A stretch of 64,000 nucleotides of DNA from a virus (Duplodnaviria > Caudoviricetes): positions 1 to 64,000 of IMG/VR virus record IMGVR_UViG_2931680285_000001; one strand, 5' to 3'. Of this stretch, positions 47,301 through 56,300 are shown piece by piece. The notes beneath the pieces are model-generated. The model saw only the letters and a list, made by a program, of their open reading frames with translations. It ran no database searches and was not told the DNA's origin. The position numbers and the translations under genes are program-made. The stretch's first letter is position 1, and every line of letters begins with the position of its first letter.

Positions 47301-50300
47301 GTCTTCACCGACCCGGTCACCGGGCGCCTGGAGCTGGCCGGCGCCTACCTCTCCGGCCCGGTCCGCGACAAGCTCGCCGACGCCCGCCGCGCCGCCGAAC
47401 GCGATCCTGCGTTCCAGGTCAACGTCGCCGCGCTCGAAGCCGTCCAGCCCACTGACCGCACGATCGGCGAGTTCACGCCCGAGATGGGCGCGCACTGGAC
47501 GCCGCCCGAGCTGCTTCAGGGGTTCCTGCGCGAGTACCTGGGCGACAAGACGCTCCGAGTCGCCCACGACGACCGCTACGGCTGGATGCTCTACACCGGC
47601 CAGGTCCCGAAGGCCAACAACGTCCTGCACGGCGTCGCGGCCAACGAGGAGAAGGGGACCAAGGGCAAGGGTGCGGTCGACATCGCCCGCGCGATCCTCG
47701 GCCACGGCTCGCTGACGATCTACCGCGACGACAAGCGGCGGGACGTCGACGAAGAAACGTCCCGCCTGGTGCGGCAGAAGGCCGACCAGATGCGGTCGGA
47801 GTTCGCGAAGTACGCCACGGCCAACGCCGACCGCCTCACCCGCCTGACCAACTCCTACAACACGATCATGAACGGGCACGTCGTCCGTTCGTACGACGGC
47901 ATGAGCCCGTCCCTGGACGGCTTCACCCCGGACCGCGACCCGCACCCGTGGCAGCTGTCCGGCGCCGCCCGCATGCAGTTCGAGCGGTCGGTGATCCTCG
48001 CCCACGAAGTCGGCCTGGGCAAGACCTCCACCCTCGTCATGGGCACCCAGGCCCTCAAGGGCTCCGGACAGATCGAGAAGCCGTTCGCCGTCGTCCCCGA
48101 CCACCTCGCACAGCAGTGGTACGACGAGGCCCGCTACCTCTACCCCAACGCCGAGATCCACCTGATCACGTCGGCCGACCTCGCCGACGGCCGCCGCGAC
48201 AGCACCCTGGAGTGGCTCCGCGCCAACAAGCCGGACCTCGTCATCTTCACCGAACCCGCTTTCGGGTCGATCAAGATGAGCCCGGAGGCGCAGGAGGAGT
48301 ACGAGTTCCGCGAGCTGGAGGCTCTGCGAGAACAGCTCGACCGGCAGTACGAGGACGCCACCAACCCGAACCACCCGTTCATCGTCGCCAAGATCGAGCA
48401 GCGCATCGCGACGGTCCAGAACAAGATCAGCAAGAACGCCGCGCCCATGCGCACCCCCGGCGCCACGTACTGGGACGACCTCGGGTTCGACTACGCCGTC
48501 GTCGACGAAGCCCACCGCTACAAGGGCGTCGGCTTCCGCTCCCGTGAGGGCGGCGGCGACCCCGCGTCCATCCGGGGCGTCGACCTCCACCAGAAGCTGA
48601 CCGACCTGCACCGGCGGCGCGCCGGCCGCGCCACCGTCACCCTGGCCACCGGCACGCCGCTGTCGAACTCGATCACCGAGCAGTACACGATGCTCGCCCT
48701 GGCCGCCCCCTGGGTCCTCGACTCCTACAAGGCCGGTGCCCCCGACCTGTGGGCCGCCACCTTCGGCCGCAAGACCCTCCGCGTCGAGAACGCGCCCGAC
48801 GGCTCGGGCCTGCGGGTCGTCGAGCGGTTCAGCGAGTTCCACAACAGGCGCGCCATGAAGACCATGTGGGGCCTGGTCGCGGACACCAAGCGCGCCGACG
48901 ACGTCGGCATCCCCCGGCCCAAGATCAGGGGCGGGCAGCCGAACCTGGTCATGGTCGACCCGACCAAGGACCAGACCGCCCGGCTGAAGAAGCTGGTCGC
49001 CCGTGGCCGCGCGATCCACAACGGCGAGGTCGACCGCTCCCAGGACAACATGCTCGCCGTGTCCAACGAGGGCACATCCGTCGCCCTGGACCCGCGGCTC
49101 GTCGACGCCAAGGCCCCGGCCGGCAAGAAGCTCGCCGCCGTCGCCGCCCGCCACGTCGAGCGCTACCACCAGCACAAGGACCGGGTCTACAAGACCCACT
49201 ACGGCAGCACGGAGGACCACCCGGTCCCCGGCGCCCTCCAGATGATCTTCCTCAACGAGGGCGTCCCGGGCGGCAACAACCGAGGCGACTTCGACGCGTA
49301 CGCCGAACTGAAGCGACTCATGGTCCAGGGCGGCATACCCGCCGACAAGATCGCCTTCGTCCAGGACGCCAAGAAGTCCGGCAAGCCCGAGCACCTGGCC
49401 GAGCTCTTCCGCCGCGCCCGGGACGGCGAGGTCTCCGTCCTCATCGGCTCCAGCAGCGTCGCCGGCACCGGCATGAACGCGCAGAACCGCATGGTCTCCC
49501 TCACCCACGTGGACCTGGACTGGGGCGCAGCGCAGATGGAGCAGCGCAACGGCCGCATCCTGCGCTACGGCAACCAGAACGACGAGGTCGAGGTCGACAT
49601 CTTCGCGACCAAGGGCAGCCTCGACGGCTGGAAGGCCGGATTCGTCGCCTCCAAGGCGGAGGGCCTGGTCGACATCCAGCGCCCTGAGATGGCCGACAGC
49701 GACACCCGCGACACCGTCACCGAACTCGACGTCGACTACCCCGACTACGAGACGATGGAAGCGGAGATCGGCGGCAACCCCTACATGAGCCAGCTCATGA
49801 AGGCCCGCCGTCAGCTGCGTGACCTGGAGATCGACCAGCACAACGAGGCCGCCGAACGCGTACGGCGCGCCGAGGCACTGGCAGAGCTGGAGCAGGAGAC
49901 CGCCGACACCCGGGCCGGCATCACCCGCCGCGAGGCGGCGCTGCCCCGCATCCGCGACGTACGCGGGACCTTCAGCATGGCCATCGGCGGCATGCCCTAC
50001 ACGGAGCGCGCCGACGCGGCGGCGGCCCTGCACCGGCAGGTGACCACCCAGCTCCTGGACCACGCCCACGAGGGCGTGAGCCCGTGGAAGACCGTCGGCC
50101 AGCTCGGCGGCCTGGACGTCGCCGTGCGAACGGAACGGCGCGCGGACGGGAAGCTCGTCGCCCATGTCGGCTTCCCCGACCTCGCCCGTTCCAGCTTCGA
50201 GCGCACCCCGGACGACCTGAAGAAGCGCGGCGCCGGGTCGGGCATGATCACCCGGCTCGCCAACGCGTTGGAGAAGGCCCCCGCCCTCCAGGAGGCCGAC

Positions 50301-53300
50301 CGGCGGCGGCTGCCGGAACTCGACGAGCAGATAGCCCTGCTCCAGTCCGCACAGACCGCTGCCGACCTCACCCCGCAGATCGAGCACGCCCGTGCCCGCG
50401 CCAACCTGCTCGACGACATCGTGGGACGGATCGCCGACCTCGACAAGCTGCCGGAGATCGACGAGGACGACCTCGACAAGAAGCTCACCGAGACCCAGCG
50501 GCGCAAGATCGTCGAGGAGCGTCGTACGGCCCGTGTACCCCTCCAGGGTGCCGTCGGTGCTGCCGTCCTGACCCTGGAGGAGTTCGACAAGAAGTTCCCC
50601 GAACCCGAGCGCCCGGAGCGCCCCCGCGACCGGGGGCAGGAGCAGGTACGGCTTCCGGCCGACGAGGTCGCTCAGGTCCTCGACGCGATCCGCCCCGAGG
50701 AGGGTGGTGCCGGCGAAAAGCCGACCGCCCCCGGGGACTCGGACGAGGAATCCCCGCAGCCCCTCGCGGAAGATCTCTCGGAGGAGTCCCAGACGGCAGC
50801 GGGCAGCGGTCTCATCGCGGGCCGCTTCCAGTTCGACGAGCCCGTCACCGACCTCGACGGCCAAGGGTGGTACGTCGGCAGCGAGAACGACGACGGCACC
50901 GTGAACGTCTCCAACGGCCCGAGCAGCGAGACGTTCCGGCCGGAGGAGCTGACCAGCGCCCGCCAGGACGCCCCGTCTGCCCCGAACGTGCCGGAGATAG
51001 CGCCTGAAGGACCCGACGACACGGTCACGCTCGACCGCGACGATGTCGAGCAACAGCTCGAAGCCCTCCGCCCCGCAGGCGACCGCGCACCGTCCTCGAT
51101 GAGCGAGCAGGAGATCACCGACGAGATCGTCTCCCTGATGGAACGGGAGATGCTGGAAGGTGAGCTGACCGGCGCCGACCGCACGCGAATGGCCGTCCTG
51201 GAAGCGGAGAACGACCGCAGAGCCGGGCGCGCCCCGAAAGCTGAGCCCAAGAAGCCCACCCCCGACCCCGTCGATGACGGGGGCCTCTTCGACGTCGCCG
51301 CACCCGCCCCGCAGGAGCCGGCCGCCGCCGACCCGGACAACCCGCTCGACCAGCCCGACGATCTGTACGGCACGCCGGACATGTTCGCCGACCACGAGGG
51401 CCGGGACACGAGCCGCCTGCGCCCCGTGCAGATGCGCAGCCCGGAGAACCTGTCCGAGGGCGACCGGTACACCGACGCCGACGGTCGTACGCACACGGTG
51501 GCCGAACCGCCCAAGCGCACCGGCCGAGGCCGGGTTCGCATCGTGACGGAGGGCGGCGAGGAGCACTTCTACAGCAGGGATGCCGAGCTCCGGCTTCGCT
51601 ACCCCGACGAGGAGATCGACGACGACGCCCAGGACTCGAACAGCCGGGATGCGTCCGACGAACCCGCCGCCGACGACGCCCAGGGCGGCGCCCCGAACAG
51701 CGACGAGAGCGACGAGAGCGACGAGAGCGACGAGGACGAACGACAAGGCCACCGTCGCCGTGACGGCGACCCCGACGGTGCCGCACCGGCCGATGCCCCG
51801 GCCGGTGGGTCCGGCGGTCCTTCGCAGCCGGACGTCGACCAGGACGAGGAGGACGACAGCAAGAACGAGGAGGACGGCGCCGACTCCGCAGAGAACAACG
51901 AGGAGGACGACGAGCGGCGTCGCCGACGGCGTCGTGGTAACCGCCGGTCCGATGGCCGGGGTCCGAACGGGCCGGGTCTGCCGGGGCTTCCGGGCATCCC
52001 GCATCTGCCCGATGTCGACTCGCGTGCCCCCGAGGACGGTGGCACGGCTTCGGAAGGGCCATCCCCCCGCAGGGCGCCTCGCGACGTGCAGGGCCTGCGC
52101 GCAGCGTGGAGGCGCGGCGAGGGCCTGATCGCCGAGGAGAACACCCCGGAGCGGCGGGCATTCCTTGCCCAGCTCGCCGACAACCCCACGTTGTCGCTCT
52201 CCTCGGGAGGGGGGATCGCCACCTGGACCGACGACACCGCTCCCGATGGGATGCGACGCTGGCACTTCGCCCAGGCGCGCAACGGCGGCCGGTTCGGGGG
52301 GATCACCCTCACCGCTCGTACCGCTGACGAGGCTCGGGATCTCGCGGACCTCTTCGAGATCATCACCAGTGCCGGCGGACAGCAGATCGACTGGCACCAG
52401 CCGCTCACGACGAGTGCCGTCGCCGGGTGGAGCGACCGCGACGGGCGGACGCTGCCGGAGGCCCTGCGGCACCTGCGCGACCTGTACCAGGACGGCGACG
52501 AGCAGGAAGCGGGACTGGTCAAGCCCCTGATCACGCTGCCGGAGGACCTGACCGACTGGACCGACGAAGACCTCGCCGATGCGTGGGGAGCGGGCCTGTC
52601 CCCGGCCGACCAGCAGCGCGTCACCGCGGAGATGGACCGGCGAGACGACGCCGACCAGCGTGTCCGTGACGCCCTCCCGGAGACTCCGGCCGCCGACGCT
52701 GACGAAGTGCGTCGCCGCGGTGAGGCGATGGACGCGGCGCTCGGGTTCTCTGGCGCCGACGCCACCCGCCGTCCGCTGACGCGCGAGGAGCGGATGCAGC
52801 AGGAGTTCGCGGACTGGGACGAGGCCCGCTACCAGGCCGCGATCGAGGCCACCAACGGCTACTTCTACAGCAAGAACAGCCGTCGTCTGCCGCGCGTGAA
52901 CGAGCGCGATCTGTTCTCCGGGGGCTCGCTCTCCAGGTTCGGTCGCTGGCGTGAGTACGCGAGCGAGGAGCTGATCGACTGGTACGACGCCAACGGAGGC
53001 CGCGTCACGTACAACGCCTTCAAGGCCCAGCGGCGCGCCCACGAGAAGATCGAGCGGGAGCAGTACGAGGAGCAGCGGCGCAACGCGAGTCCCATCCCCG
53101 AAACCTCGCCGGCTTCGTCCAGCCCTTCTCCGGCCGAGGGGCCGCGCGCGTCCGACGCTGACACCAGCAGCCAGATCGATGTCGACGACATCAGCTTGGC
53201 GTCGGCTTCTCCGGGCCGGGAGAGCGAGGAGGAAGGTGCCGCGCGCTTCGGCGGCCCCGAGCAGGTGCGGGCCTTCGTCGAGCGCGCCCAGATACGTGAG

Positions 53301-56300
53301 GGCGGCGGCGATGGCGTGTTCCAGGTGTGGATGGATGGCCGCAAGATCGGCCACGTCCGCCTCGTCGGCGGGAGCGCGGCCAAGGATTCCACCTGGGACA
53401 GCAGCCCCTCTCTCGTCCTTGGTGACGGTGGCATCACCCGTGCCGCGTCGAGGGACTTGGCCGTCGCTGCGCTCGTCGTGCGGGCTCTGCGTACTCCGGT
53501 CAGCGCTACCGACCCGAACGGGGACATCTGGGCGACCGTCAGGATGGATCTCGCCGGGCACTATCCGGAGCTTCCGGAGCTGCCCGCGCGGCTGGCCAAG
53601 GACCCGGCAGTGCGGGAGCGTTACGAGGGGATCGTCCAGCTCGTCGCGAACTTCCGCACCAGCGAGTTGGTCAGCGGCGACCTGCGCCAGGACATCGACC
53701 ACGCCAAGGGCGAGTTCGAATGGCTGAGGGACGTCTTGTCCACGCTTCCGGCCAAGCAGCAGAACCGTGACGTGCTCAGGGATCTGGACCGGCGCGTTCT
53801 CCTGGCTTCATGGCTCCGTGAGAGTCTGCCTCCCGAGGACCGCGATGAGGCGGGCCGCGCGCCCGACGGCCCCGGGGAGCCGGGCACCTCCCCGAGTAGC
53901 ACGGACTTCCCCGGAGAGACTACGGGCACTTCGCCGACGGACTCTGACGCCCCTGCCGGCGACATCGGCGAGCAGCGCCACCCGTCCGCTGACAGGACAG
54001 GTCGCAGCCGTCCCGAAGCGGAGCAGGGAACCACGCCCGAAGCGGCGCGCGAGGAGAGCGGTCAGGACGCGCGTGCCCGCCAGGACGACGAGGCCGAGGA
54101 TAGGACGGGGGGCTCGGAAGCGAAGCCCGCCGCCGATCCCGTGTCGAAGCCTGACGAGACCGAGGACCCGGGGGCCCGGCCCGAGCCGAGCGTCGAGCCG
54201 GAGCCGGTCGGTGGTCAGCCCGCTCATTGGGCCAGCATCGACCACCTGGCCCCAGGCGACATGGCTCGTATCGACGGGACCACCCGGCGCGGTCGTGCCA
54301 CCACGCTCGCCGGGTACGTGCTCGACTATCCGGAGCGGGTCACTGTGACCCGCCGGGGCCGCACCGAGGAGATGTGGCGCATCCGGATCGGCGAGTCCCC
54401 GGACAGCCTTTCCGGCTCCCGCAGTACCGTCTACACGCCGCTCACTGCCACGGCTGCCCGCGCCGAGGCGCCCGAGTCGTCCGCGCCGGGTACCCCAGTG
54501 AGCGGCGCCCAGGGCGAGGTCGCCAGCGGCGATCTTCCGGACCGTATCGCCACCGACTCCACCGGGGCGGGTCTCTTCCCCGGCAGCCACGTAACCGGCG
54601 CCGATGGACGCGACGGCACGGTCACGGGCGTCACCGATACCACCGCCAATGTCCGGTGGTCTGACGGCGACACCGATACGGGCGTCGCACCGGCGTCCCT
54701 GACCGCTGACGACGCGGACGACCGCCGCCCCGCCGGTTGGACCTCTACCGGCCAGCGGATTCGTCCGGGTCACCTCGTCGCTGACGACGGCGCGCTCCTC
54801 GGCCCCGTGGACGAGGCCGACGGAGATCGCATCACGGTCACCACCGCTGACGGCACGGTCACCCGCGATGCCTCGCGCCTGAGCGTGGTCGGCGAAGTCC
54901 GCGACGAGACCCCGCAAGAGGCGCCGGTCACAAGCGTCACCCCGCACACGGCTGGGGACACCTCCAAGGGCGACGTCATCGTCCTCGACCTCGACGGCTC
55001 CCTGATCACGGTGGAAGTCCGGGACGCGGACCGGGACGGCGACCGGGTCACCCTCGACTACGTCGACATCGCGACGGGCGAGCTCGGCGGTATCGAGATG
55101 GACGCCGCCACCGTCATCTCGAAGGCCGAAGGCCCCGACGGCAGCACCCCGGCATTCAGCAACACCGTGCCGGAGGCCGAGGGCGACTTGACCGTGCACG
55201 AGCCGCCCGCCGTCCTCGACCCCGTCGCCGGTCCGACCGTCGATCCGGACCTCACGCCGGCAGACCGAGACGTGATCGCCGACCACGGCTCCGCGCCGGA
55301 GGACGACCCCGACGCGCAGCAGGCCGTCGCCCGTATCGGGGCCGATCTGCCTGTGACGGACACCCAGGCCAGCGCGCTTGCCGCCCAGCTCCGGGCCAAC
55401 GGCAACCCCGCTACCCGAGACGGACGGGCGGCGCTGCGCGCCGCTGACCACCTGGACCCGGACAACGCTCCGGAAGGACTCGACCGTCCCCGGCCGTCCA
55501 CCGCCGCCCAGGTCGGCGAAGGCGACGTCATCGCAATACCCGACGAGCGTCGCGACAACGAGGTCCGCACCTACCGCGTCCTCGACGTCGAGGAGGCTCC
55601 CGGCGGCATGCGGAGTCTCTTGCTGGAGGACGAGGACCGGCAGTGGAAGCGTCGCATGGTCCCCGCCAGCATGCCCGTGTGGCAGTTGCCGGAGCCCACC
55701 CGCGCCGACGACAGCACCACCCCGGCCGCTACAGCACCGGAGACCCCTGCTCCGCGCGAGCCGAACCCCCCGCTGGCGTCTGTACGCCGCCAGATCATCG
55801 CCGAGCACGGCCGCATGATGGCCCTCCGCATCGTCGACGAGGCGGTGGCCGGCACGGAGCAGCCCGGGAGCGTCCACGCACTGCGCGAGCAGATCTCGCT
55901 TCGGCTCACGCCGGACGCTCTTCGCGATGCCCGCGAGCAGGCCCGCCGAGAAGCCGGCGCCGCGCTGGACGCCGCCGGGATCACGGGCCGGGACCGAGTT
56001 TCAGCTCAGCAGGCCCTTCGCCGTGCGCGGGACAAGGCTCACGACCGGACCGTCCGCGCCGCGCTCCGCACCATCAACGATCTCGAACCCCTCCCCGGTG
56101 AGCCTGACGAGGACCTGGCGCAGCGGGTCGCAGGTCTCCTCCGCCTCATCCCCGTCCCCGACGAGCCCGCGCCCGTCCGGCGCCGCAGCGCCCCGTCCGC
56201 GCCCGGCACCCGCGCCCAGGGCGGTGGGTCTTCGGAGGCGACGGGGCACGCCGATGACGCCGTGACGTCGCTGCTCCAGCACCTTCAGGACGGCGGCGTT

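Noticed and set aside
51600-52050. Second nested gene in the low-complexity D/E/R linker of the giant protein
   Set aside because: Codon bias stays in the giant frame; alternative frames give Thr/Arg-rich junk
45369-53702. 2777-aa minus-strand ORF (also 41316-44720 and 53808-55877)
   Set aside because: Antisense shadows of the giant gene; high GC3 on the plus strand suppresses minus-strand stops, and translations have no motifs
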